64,000 nt of DNA from Octopus bimaculoides (lineage: Eukaryota), in contig NC_068995.1 of the NCBI RefSeq assembly GCF_001194135.2, forward strand, positions 35,435,174 to 35,499,173, in the 5' to 3' direction. Shown in pieces: positions 52,669-64,000 of this stretch (position 1 is the first letter of the stretch; every line of letters begins with the position of its first letter). The notes under the pieces were generated by a model. That model did no database searches and was not told where the DNA came from. It worked only from the letters and a program-made list of their open reading frames with translations. Position numbers and translations under genes: made by a program.

Positions 52669-53581
52669 CATCCTAGAATTATTGTTTATTATTATATTTA
52701 TCCTACATTATATCGGTATAACCATGATGCAGCCCCGGAAAACTGATTCATTAGTCAGTATAATTAGACGGTAGCCGGCATAATGAAATAGGGGCTTTAT
52801 TGGCATGCCCTTAACGTTACCATAAACCAATCTATATATATAAACACTGCAGAGCATTTTGTATGGCATGACTTTTTCTGTTAAATCAGAATATTTTAAT
52901 TCCATTTAGATTCAATAAGAAGAATTATTTTTTAGGCATCGATACCGTAAGCGTGAATATCATCAGAATCGATCAAATCGACCAAACTGCAGTAGCCAAT
53001 CATGTACAGGCAACTAAATTTAGAGGATTTTTCTCACGAAAGCGTCATAAAATTTTAAAAGATACAGCATACACAGTGCATAAACTAAACTGAATAATGT
53101 GACGCTTGCAATATTAAGAACATTCTATATTAATTTTATGTTGTCAACTTGGAAACGAATAAACATTTAAAATAACCAAATAAACATGTAAGACAGAAAT
53201 CCATGAAAGGTTTTAAATTAATATAAAGGAATTAAAATTTATATATTGATTTCGGATATTCAGTTAAAACAAACATTTTGTATTTCTTATTTTTCTAAAC
53301 TGTTATTGCTTTTTAGTATTTGTTTTTTTTTCGATCTTATTTGCTGCTATTGTTTTTTGTTTTTTTTTTATTGCTTGATGTTTTTTTCCTTCTGTTGATG
53401 AAGTTTCAGGCATTGAAACATTGATACCTAAAATTTGCTATATTTATGAATAAAATCGAAATGTCATTTAGTGCTAACTTTTCAAATGTATTAATGTAAT
53501 AATAGTTGTCATATCAAATCGATAGATATATATTTAGTTGTATAATTCTATTTTTATTATTGTTATTGATGTTTATTATTA

Positions 53582-53631
<50 letters not shown>

Positions 53632-55307
53632 GAGAATCTTTCATATTGTTCAGTCTCAAGCAATTATTGAATAAAGGAAACCAGAACAAACAATCTGTAA
53701 ATGTATTAATATGAAAGCTTTGCTTGGCTGCTCATAAAATGTCGGAAGATATCGGCAGTAATTTAATTTATATTTTGTGCGCTACTTCACTGTGATGGAG
53801 AAACTATAATAACAGATGTGAGTTTGGGCTTTGCGTAATTTAAATAATCATTCGACTTCTCAATGTGGATAGAGGTTTTGTCATATCTACGATCTCGTAT
53901 TTGAAATCAAAGCAATAGATATTGTTTAATTACGGCCCTCTCAAACAGTTTCTCACGTGCATGAATAATTTCTTATATTCGATCCTTTCCAATAGTGAGG
54001 TATCCATAAATGAAACGTATATGTGTTGTTTTATCATACCTGAGGTAGTATGCCGTCTGTAGACGAATAAAAACAGGGGAGGAATATGTTTGAAAAGGCG
54101 GGGATTCAGGAAATGTAGGCGAGAACCACAGTCCGCAAACCATGCAAAATCCAGTCAACAGGATATGTATAAAGGAATAAATGCATGCAGCATATCTAAA
54201 GCATTTTACACAGACTAAAAATCTAGGAAATGTTTATCCTTCGCAGGATAAACAAAGGAGTAAAGATTCGCCATCACATTTACTAGCCAGTTACCTTATC
54301 TGGTTGGATTGTTATATCACTCGATGTGCTGCATCATATATACTCAAAGTTTATATCATTCTCCGCGATATTGAAACACACAGCAAGTCATACCATCATG
54401 AATTTTAAAAAAAATAATACAGTTGTACATAATTAGATATGATTATAAATACAATTGGTGGGAGGGTTTAAAATGTCATAGCAACACAACAATCATGCTG
54501 ACATACCAACTAGTAGGCATAAAATAAAGGAATTAAAGTCGCATAAATCCCAAGAAAAGAACCATTGTGAATGTCCAAGTCAGTAGCGCAGGCAGGTCAA
54601 AGGAAAAGATTTACAGTAAGTAATCTTAGAAGAGGATAATGATTCAGATTCTCGTAGGTCAATGGTACTTTATGAATTCTTGTTTTCAGTGCTTGTATAT
54701 AATTCCTTGTTCTACACGAAAGAGCGGACGTCTTCTAGATAGTCAGTCTTTTAGTTTTGGTTTTTATTAACATGTATACTTGAATTACACAGAGAAGATG
54801 GTCTATCTGTTTTCAATAAAATAATTACCAGAGTATGGATAAATTTATAGAAGAATCAAAGACATATTTATTCCATCATTAGACGTAAACGATGAAGCCT
54901 TAAATTCTAGACACATCCCTGAAAACGATCACAGACAAGCAATTCTCTAACCAAAAACCAAACGATGACACTTCATATATAATTACTCCACCCATTTTCT
55001 TACACCAGCACTGTTAGTAGAGTGAAAGAGTAAAGGAATATATCCTCTTATCCAGCCACCACCAAAAAAAAAAAAAACTTTCAGCGGTGCAGTCCTCATT
55101 AGAATGCTACCATAAAACACCAGCTCTAGAAAATGTAATATCTGCTCACTATGTAAATTGGATGTAAAAACAAATCCAATTAGAGTCTTTAACGTTTTTT
55201 TTTTCTGTTACACAAAATTTCACACATTTCAGCTGAGGTAAAATAAACTAAAATAAAATAACTAATGTTGTACACTTCTTCCAATATAGTTCAACACAAC
55301 ATAAAGT

Positions 55308-55380
55308 ACATAAGCAATCAACACATAAGCAATCAACACACAAGCAATCAACACATAAGTAATCAGCACAAGCAATCAAC
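55308..55380. repeat. 15-bp minisatellite (acataagcaatcaac) x ~5
   Basis: Direct read. Confidence 0.88.
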
Positions 55381-55789
55381 ATTCATTTCCAGCCTCCACT
55401 GAATATTTCATATATCCTTAAGAAAGTTATATATAGAGAGAGTCAGAATAAAACGAAGGGACAGTATCCTAAAAGTTAATTCTCAAAATATAGAGTACGC
55501 ATTTGAAGCAGGTTCAACCTGCATTTCCAACAACAAAAAAATGAATAGAATTAATTCAACCTACTTATCAAACAGTGTTTGGAACGTACTCTCAGCTTAT
55601 GGTTGAGAATACTTTCTTAGTACGGAGCGTACTTGCTAACACTTCACTGGTATATGAACGGATGAAACAAATTACTGTTTTTAATGCATAAAGTTTTCAT
55701 CTTACTACGAGGTGTTCCATTCAGGTGTGTAACAGTGAGTTATGCTTTTTGTTGGAGATTATCATAAAAGAGAAGCGACTACATAATTA

Positions 55790-56310
55790 CCTGTCAACTC
55801 TACTCTACGCTTGTGTGACTTGGGCGTTGAACCACCGTGACTTCAAGCGCCTTGAATGCTTCCAGCAATGGGAAGATCACGCTACCAACAACGAGGTTCT
55901 TCGCGCCTCACTACCAAGTGTCGAAGCCATCATTCTTCGCCATCGTCTCCGCTGGGCAGGTCACGTCGAGTGTATGGAGCCCTCTCGTCTCCCAAGGAGA
56001 ATGCTCTACGGAGAACTTGCAAGACCAGAAGAGGTCCGAAATTCCGTTTTAAAGACCAGCTCAAACGGACATTGGCTCAAATTAACATCCAGCCATCCTC
56101 ATGGGAACAGATTGCGATGGATAGGACAGCCTGGAGAGCTGTTATCCGCAATGGAGCCAGCTCCTTCAAGCAGAACAGACAACAGAATGAGGAGGCAAAA
56201 CGCAAGAGAAGAAAGGAGCATCTTCAACATCCACGACCCGCACCAACTATCTCGTGCGAGGTCTGCTCACGACTCTTTCACCACCGGCTTGGACATTTTC
56301 GAGGAGACTG
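55790..56310 (+). mobile_element. RTE-clade LINE 3' ORF fragment
   Basis: LSTLLYACVTW..RLRWAGHVECM..RLPRRMLYGEL; GPKFRFKDQLKR..DRTAWR..CEVCSRLF; deletions and frameshift. Confidence 0.88.
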
Positions 56311-56409
56311 GATGGAAACTGATGAACGCAATGCTCGGATACGAGCTGGAACCAACTATAACAACATCCGATAGTTTGGTCGATAGATTGTTATATATAT
56401 ATTTGTGTG

Positions 56410-56479
<70 letters not shown>

Positions 56480-56790
56480 TACGTGTGTGTGTGTATATCA
56501 TTTGAAGATAGAGTGTCAAACAGATAAAGACAGAAAGACTCAGAGAGACGGCAAGAGAGAGATTCGTATAAATGTATACGTAATCACAGTGTAACAGACT
56601 AGAATTAAGAAAAATGTATCTTAAAAATATATCGTTTAGTAACGGTTATTCATATTTTTAGAATATTCTATGATGTAGTTCAACTCATCCCGTATTCACT
56701 ACACTGTATTACAATACATACTTTACTGAAATTCTCTGTACGTTAAAAAATTCGATAAGTCTATACATGTATGTATGTAACTACCTTTAA

Positions 56791-56854
<64 letters not shown>

Positions 56855-57579
56855 GTCTGTGTGTCTGTGTGTCTGTGTCCGTGTCTGTGCAAATTTTTAA
56901 TATAGGCACAATATTTGAAGAAAGTGATTCTTTAAAGTTACTAATTATCTGAAGAAAAATTTCTTGAAAATACAAAATAGATTAGCCCAAAGCCTCGGAA
57001 GACAAGAACGTGATTTCATGTTAATGATATCGGTTGGCTATGACTGGAAACACGTAAGTTGAAATCTTCCTATAACGAAAATCTCCTTCATATCTTCCAT
57101 GAGATTTGTGTTAGCTTTTTTTAATGATATAATTCTTTTAGATAAATTTTTTTATTATTTTGGAAGAACATTTTTCAAATATATGTGAGTGTAAATGTGT
57201 ATGTATGCATACATGTTTGTATAAACGATGCATTTATGTGTGTATGTATGAAAGCATGCATATATATAGAGGAAGTGAATTGCCAGTTTTAAGAGCGTCT
57301 GATTAAATACTTTGCGGTATCAACTCCACTCTTTTCACTCAAAGTTGAATTCCCGCCGTCGTCAACATATCGATAAATATAGTACCAACAGTATACTAGT
57401 GGGGGTTCTATTTTCCTTTCACTCTTTTTCTATGTCTCTCTCAAGCTATCATCTCTTCCTCTATCTTCATCACCCATACACACAGAATTTCTCACTTTTT
57501 GGAAGATTTCGACTGAAATGGCGAACGCGTCTCTATGACTCCTTCAATAGGTCGATGGCTCACAGAAGAAAGAATATTT

Positions 57580-57721
<142 letters not shown>

Positions 57722-57905
57722 GGACCAAAGACCTACTAGTTTGTTATGCCTCAAAAAAATTATACAAATACTATCACTTATCCCAACACTATTATGAACA
57801 ACGCGAAGCATTCACATTTTTGTGTTCATAAATTATTTAAGACCTTTCGAATTTGCCTTAAATCTAACTGGAGAAAGATGAATCTCTCTGTATAACTCTG
57901 TAACA

Positions 57906-58116
57906 TGGTTTCAAATTTTGGCACAAAGCCCAAAATTTCGGTGGAGGGATAAGACGATTGCATCAATATCAGCGATCAGTTAGTACTTATTTCCTCGACC
58001 ACGAAAGGGATGAAATGTAACGACCTCGACGGAATTTGAACCCATAACGTAAAGACGGACGAAATGCCGCTAAGTATTTTGCCCGGCGTGCTAACAATTC
58101 TACCAGCTCGGTGCTT
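57906..58116 (-). mobile_element. Nin/Deu-like SINE, diverged monomer of the 35448 family
   Basis: gtacttatt..tcgacc..gaaag..ggaatttgaac..gacgaaatgccgctaag..gcccggcgtgctaac. Confidence 0.8.
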
Positions 58117-58183
58117 TACAAACTCTCTTACATATCACTTTCACTTAAGCATAGTTGAGATACTGTATAAGCTTATGGCACAT

Positions 58184-58507
58184 ATTACCTCCCCCTTAGC
58201 GAAGGCGGGGGTATTGTTTGTGTGTTTATTTGTCCGTGGACAAGATATCTCAAAAAACCGCTGGATGGATTCAGATGAAACTTTCAGTGATGTTTTTCCT
58301 TGTCACTGACACGAACAGATTATATCTTGGGATCGATACGGTACTGGATAAGGATTATGGATTATTTTTCATACACTTTTACTTAATTTTTGAGAGCGAT
58401 CAGGTCTATTTTTAGTATTCACGTTTGTGAGAGCAGTCGAGTTTATTTCGGATATTCTCATTTTAAAAACCATCGCTATCTAATCGTTGAGAGGACGTTG
58501 GTGTTGC
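58184..58507 (+). mobile_element. Helentron-associated (HINE/DINE-1-like) non-autonomous element, 3'-truncated
   Basis: attacctcccc..gcgggggtat hairpin, then a gtttgtgtgtttatttgtcc microsatellite and the gatatctcaaaaaaccgctggatggatt..atgaaacttt block. Confidence 0.6.
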
Positions 58508-58659
58508 AGACTAACAAATTGTTTGTTTGAGTTCTGAGTTTTGTCATTTTTGACCGCGGTTTTGGATTGTTGTTACATGTTGAAGGCTTTCTCTCGAGAT
58601 TGTCCGTTGCTGAAATTGTTGTGTATCACTGTTAAGGAATGCTGGTGAGAGATTCGCGC

Positions 58660-59400
58660 ATGAGTGCTTTTACTGTTTTCTTCCCCGTTGTGGGGCTGAA
58701 AAGTTAGTTTCTCAAGAAGGAGAGCTACGCAAAAGCCGCTGCAGTAGCCGCTATTGGACCTGAAACAGATAAAAGTGAATATGGAAAAGATTCGAAGAAG
58801 TGAACAGTTTATACAAAAGAAGGGAGACGCAATAAAGCTAATCCCTCCAGAAGAAACGGTCGACGATAAGAGTGATATGACAGTGGTGTACCGCACGCAA
58901 GCGTTCGCCACCAATAAAGTTGAAATCCTATCGGAAGATGACGTGGCGGAATGTTTGGGATCCCTTATGAAAACGGCAACTTTCGTTAGCCGAGGAAAAA
59001 ATATGGTAGGCCTCTCATTCCACCATTATTTTAAGCAGTGAAAAGATAACGCTGTTGCCCACGCATAGGGGCAGGCGAAGTGTACGTATTCGCATTGGAA
59101 GGGTTCCGCCAGAAATAAAGCCAGAGTGGTTGGTAGCAGCTATTATGACTACTACTGAGTAGCATCCCGAATTAGGGACAGTTCGGAAAACACGCAAGTT
59201 AAACTAATGGGGTACGGCGTCGAGATGTGGCTTTTTGCCGCTTTCAAGGACATTGAAAGGGTCCCCTACCAGATAGAGATTCTGGGAGAGAGTTCCCTCA
59301 AGGTGATTGTTGAGGGACGTTGACCAAATTGTTATGAGTATGGAATAAGAGGCCACATAAAGACGCAGTGTCCCAAGCACAAGCCTACTTAGAGAGAGAA
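58660..59400 (+). mobile_element. Decayed Tx1/L1-like ORF1 with zinc knuckle
   Basis: SYAKAAA.., RIRIGRVPPEI, LKVIVEGR*PNCYEYGIRGHIKTQCP (degenerate CX2CX4HX4C). Confidence 0.7.
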
Positions 59401-59481
59401 GGCTAACCCGGACTACACGTCGCCACTATAGATAGGGTCTATATATATATGCGCGCGCACACACACACACACATATACATA

Positions 59482-61266
59482 CTATCAGGAGTACCGGGCG
59501 TTGCTCAGGCATTAAATACTCGGCAATGGTCTTAATAGGTTCTACCATGTTTTTTTGTTTTTGTTTTTTTGTACATCTCTTTGAATATTTTTTGCGTGAA
59601 GTTGAAAACATTGACATTGGGGAAAAAGTGATTTTTCCCATAGACCATAAATAAAGTAGTAACAATAGGGTGAAAAGCCCCGCAGAAGCGACAAGAGCAT
59701 CTCAGGAGGTGCAACAATTGAATGTAAAGTAGCCCTGAAAAGGGCCGTGTTGTCGTTCTCACAATAGCCCTGAAAAGTATTGCTAACCGTTCACAGGTAT
59801 AACTGCCCTTTTTCTTTTACATGAAAAGCAGTGGCTGCAGTGATGACAAACTCTAGCCATCCGCAAGGTGATTGAGAAGCTGTAGAAGACAAAATATAAA
59901 ACAAAAGACAAAATATTGAAAAAAAAGGAGACAAAATATATAAAACAAGAAAAAAATGGTAATTTTGAAAGAATGGCAACAATAGTACTCACTCACCATA
60001 AACCTGTTCGGCAGGGAAGCTGCGGTATGTTGGACGGCCTACAGCACCTCATGGTAGACGACATTTTTCGTTTTGGCTTTCAGGGCGAACATGAAATGGG
60101 TTTTTTTCGCATCCGACTCTTCAGTATCCGATGTATAATTGACCGTACGAGAAGCATGGTTGGCCTAAATGGAGGCCTATTGTTGTTAGTGTTTGGCCTT
60201 GGGACTTGTTGATGGACATGGCAAAGCAAAGTCGAAGAGGGAACTGGAGTCGACGCAAGGGACAGGGGTATTACTTATCTGATGGAGTAAGAGGTATCCT
60301 GGGTGTAAAGATGTTGTCTCTGATGCCGCAACCCATAAGAATTGTTGCTTCAATAACATGAGGCAGCACACTTTTTTACCACTAACCGCATTCTGTTGTA
60401 CAGACGTGGTGGCTCTAGGTTCTTCAGCAGCATAACCAGAGCTCCACCTTTGAGGTGTAGTTGATGAGGCTGTAGTCTGGGGGTGGGGTCCATGGAATTG
60501 AGGAATTCTGTGGGAAAATTAACAGCCTCTTCTTGGTCCATCACAGTATCCACGTACTTGTAGGTGTGAAGGTTTCCAGGAAGGCTTCGCACTAGGTTTT
60601 CATGGAGTTTGGCAACAATGTGTTTTGGGGAGATAATATGGCTCTTTCGCACAGCTAATTCAAATTTTGGTAGTTTATGTGCAGATCGGGAAAAAAACAG
60701 CAGTCATAAGGTCGTCCACATTGTCCACTGATGCGCCTACGTGCGAGAAGGCCATCTCTCCAGCTGCATAGAAGGAACATCAAGATGCAAAACTTGAAAA
60801 AAATCGATCTTTTCATAGTTTTTCGCAGTTTCTTGTCGCACTGGGATGCCTTTGGACATAAAACAGATATTTGATAGAACCGCTGTTGCATGGTAGTTTT
60901 TAGCCGTAAAAACCAAAGAAATCAGACTTTCCAGTAAAAGGTTTTCTACGGTGTAACTTTGCAAAAATGCGAAAAATCGATATTTTTCGAAGTTTTTCGC
61001 AATTTTCTTGGGAATCAAAGGCTCCAAGGCAGTGCCAAAATATTTGTCTGAAATGTCGCAACATGACAGTCGTTTTGACACCAAAATTATAAAAATCGGA
61101 AGTTCCTGTAAAATCTTTTCTCTCGTGCAACTTTTGCCTTTTTTTTTTTGCGAAACGTGGGGGAGTAATGCGGCAGTGACCTGGCATACAAAAAAATATC
61201 GTCAAATCGGATGAAAAATGTAGAAACTCATAAAAAGTATGCACACACACACATTTTGAGTTTTAC

Positions 61267-61272
<6 letters not shown>
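59482..61272 (-). mobile_element. Non-autonomous Helitron retaining the Pif1 helicase C-terminal half
   Basis: FPDLHINY..LCERAILSPK; YKYVDTV..NFPTEFLNS..HQLHLKGGALVMLL..RLVVKK; RIPL..RRLQFPLRLCFAMSINKSQGQTL. Degenerate 3' hairpin cctgagcaacgcccgg plus ATAG|T at ~59482-59510. Confidence 0.88.
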
Positions 61273-61325
<53 letters not shown>

Positions 61326-61897
61326 CACATGCATATATATGTATATATATGTACGTATATATATGCATGCATACTGATAGATAGACATTATGTGGTAATG
61401 CTCTGACATATAGAAAAGTACTCGATCAGCTAAGAGAGTAAAGATAATCTTAAAATCAGTAAAATCCACAAATGTTGCAATTACAGCTACTCGGAGTTTT
61501 CTGGCCGAAATAATAGTTNNNNNNNNNNNNNNNNNNNNNNNNNNNNNNNNNNNNNNNNNNNNNNNNNNNNNNNNNNNNNNNNNNNNNNNNNNNNNNNNNN
61601 NNNNNNNNNNNNNNNNNNNNNNNNNNNNNNNNNNNNNNNNNNNNNNNNNNNNNNNNNNNNNNNNNNNNNNNNNNNNNNNNNNNNNNNNNNNNNNNNNNNN
61701 NNNNNNNNNNNNNNNNNNNNNNNNNNNNNNNNNNNNNNNNNNNNNNNNNNNNNNNNNNNNNNNNNNNNNNNNNNNNNNNNNNNNNNNNNNNNNNNNNNNN
61801 NNNNNNNNNNNNNNNNNNNNNNNNNNNNNNNNNNNNNNNNNNNNNNNNNNNNNNNNNNNNNNNNNNNNNNNNNNNNNNNNNNNNNNNNNNNNNNNNN

Positions 61898-62017
61898 TGT
61901 GTGTGTCTGCGTGTGTGTGTGTCTGCGTGTGTGTGTGTCTGCATGTGTGTGTGTCTGCGTGTGTGTGTGTCTGCGTGTGTGTGTGTCTGCCTGTGTGTGT
62001 GTCTGCGTGTGTGTGTT
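61898..62017. repeat. (GT)nCTGC minisatellite
   Basis: Repeated gtgtgtgtgtctgc units. Confidence 0.9.
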
Positions 62018-62316
62018 TGCCACCATGAGTCATTTTTGTCTTTCAAGCACTTTTCATTTCAAGCACATTCTCTGCATGTTTTTTGTCAACTTATGTTTCA
62101 AACTCAGAACAAGTAAAATATATGTAACAACAATTAAATTTTCGTTTGTTTTAGATAACTAAGAAGTATCTGAATATTAAGAACCATATGATCTCAGTAA
62201 AATTCTGTTGTAATCATCTTATATATCAGCTTATTTATTTTATACTTGTTAACTGTCAGTATATATCTTTTAAAGCACTTTGCCTTTCATTCTTGTGCCA
62301 TTAGTAGAAAGAATCA

Positions 62317-62381
<65 letters not shown>

Positions 62382-63336
62382 TGTTTTCTCTGTCACAACT
62401 TCTCGTTCATATCCATACGACTTTTCTGTTATTTCGAAGCCACGCAATCCGCTTTAGCAAATTAAAAATCGAAGAACAATCCCCTCTCACATTCGAATTC
62501 TGAATCTTTAATATGTTAAGTTTTCACAATTTAGGAAACACAATCTAAGTCTTTTATTTCATATATCATTGAGAATTATCTTGTTTCTCAAACATATAAA
62601 TGAAAATCTCGCGGAGGCAAATAAGATTAAATGCCATAGAACAGACGAAGCACGTGTAGCTACGCACAGTTGTTCCACCCCAAATAACACCGATATTGTT
62701 ATAATCTATATTAACTACTGTATTTTTGTTGTCATCACTGTTATGGAAGTAATAAGCTAGAGAGACAGTTAGAAATATTATATTAAATCGAGAGGCAAAT
62801 TCAAAACAGAAACTGAACGTAACAAAGAATGAAAAAAAAAAAAAACTCTTTTGGTATAGAATTGAAATTGTCAGAAACAAAAAGATTTTCTGAACATGAA
62901 TTCTCAAAGCAATGGAAATGAAATATATTTTAAATAGTTAGAAATATTTCAATGCATTTAAAACAATATTATATGCTGTATTTCCATTTGAACGATACAT
63001 CATTAGACATCTGCTGTCAGTTTCTCAATAGAAAATGTCAAAATCGTTACTGAAAGTTAGTGAAATGTACTAAAATTTACTAAAATGTAACTGAAATAAA
63101 AATCTGTCTGCGAGATAAAAGTCATATGATTACACGCACACACACACCGAATTACACACATACACAGACACACACACTTGCATACATGCATGCAGACATG
63201 CATACACTCACATGCATGCATATACGAACACAAATACGCACTTATGCATACACAAACCTGCATAAATATCTGTGGGTGTATTGTTGTTTGTTGAGGTTAT
63301 GATGCAAATGAAAGCACATGCAATGGCTCTATCACC

Positions 63337-63404
63337 ATTATTATTGTCATCGTTGTTGTTGTTGTTGTTATTATTATTACTATTATTATTATTATTATTA
63401 TTAT

Positions 63405-63469
<65 letters not shown>

Positions 63470-63486
63470 ATAGTAGTAGTAGTATT
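63337..63486. repeat. Compound (TTG)(TTA)(TAG) microsatellite
   Basis: Direct read. Confidence 0.93.
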
Positions 63487-63744
63487 TACATAATCGATCA
63501 ATTGCAAACAGCGTGACTGACCTGCAGCAATGAGAGTGCGTCATAAATGACGTTGCGAATGTTGACGAGAGATCAACTAATAGATTAATTCATGGAAGCC
63601 TCAGTCAAACATTCCATTATTTAATTGGTTAGTTAATTAACTTTTTGATAAATAACAATAAAAATAGTCGTCAAAACGCCCCTCCTAAAAGCAAAATCGA
63701 ACACGATTTCCAAAGGGTATATATATGTATATATGTATATATAT

Positions 63745-64000
63745 CATCATCATCATCATCATCATCGTTTAACGTCCGCTTTCCATGCTAGCATGGGTTG
63801 GACGATTTGACTGAGGACTGGTGAAACCGGATGGCAACACCAGGCTCCAGTCCAATTTGGCAGAGTTTCTACAGCTGGATGCCCTTCCTAACGCCAACCA
63901 CTCAGAGAGTGTAGTGGGTGCTTTTACGTGTCACCCGCACGAAAACGGCCACGCTCGAAATGGTGTCTTTTATGTGCCACCCGCACAAGCCAGTCCAGGG
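63745..64000 (-). mobile_element. SINE/RTE-related element with (ATG)n tail, running off the window end
   Basis: (cat)n cgtttaacgtccgctttccatgc..cagctggatgcccttcctaacgccaacc. Confidence 0.75.

Noticed and set aside
54900-55060. Possible LINE RT N-terminal remnant (QAIL..PK..TSTVSRV)
   Set aside because: Similarity is too weak without an alignment.
55308-55380. Regular 15-bp repeats as a CRISPR-like array
   Set aside because: No spacers, eukaryotic context and no cas genes; a plain minisatellite.

Overview
AT-rich, repeat-dominated animal genomic DNA, very likely a cephalopod (Octopus-type SINE families; recognition from memory, not a search). It has 15 N-gaps, most of them flanked by microsatellites. 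I found no intact host gene, no convincing exon and no tRNA, rRNA or CRISPR locus; most ORFs in the supplied track are microsatellite or gap artefacts or transposon debris. The window is a mosaic of decayed mobile elements: Tc1/mariner (DD36E, DD37D, MITEs, a fold-back derivative), a hAT MITE, a Helitron and a Helentron-like element, R4/Dong, RTE, CR1 and Tx1-like LINEs, Penelope-like elements (PLEs) and many SINEs. The most interesting signals are structural RNA/DNA ones. These are a set of PLE-type minimal hammerhead ribozyme motifs, several with a recurrent non-canonical CTG-TTGA(A/T)(G/A)A core; several inverted-repeat (dsRNA-capable) structures; a 23-bp inverted templated replacement inside an RTE; and an unidentified ~2 kb decayed coding-like block. 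None is proven to be a new system.
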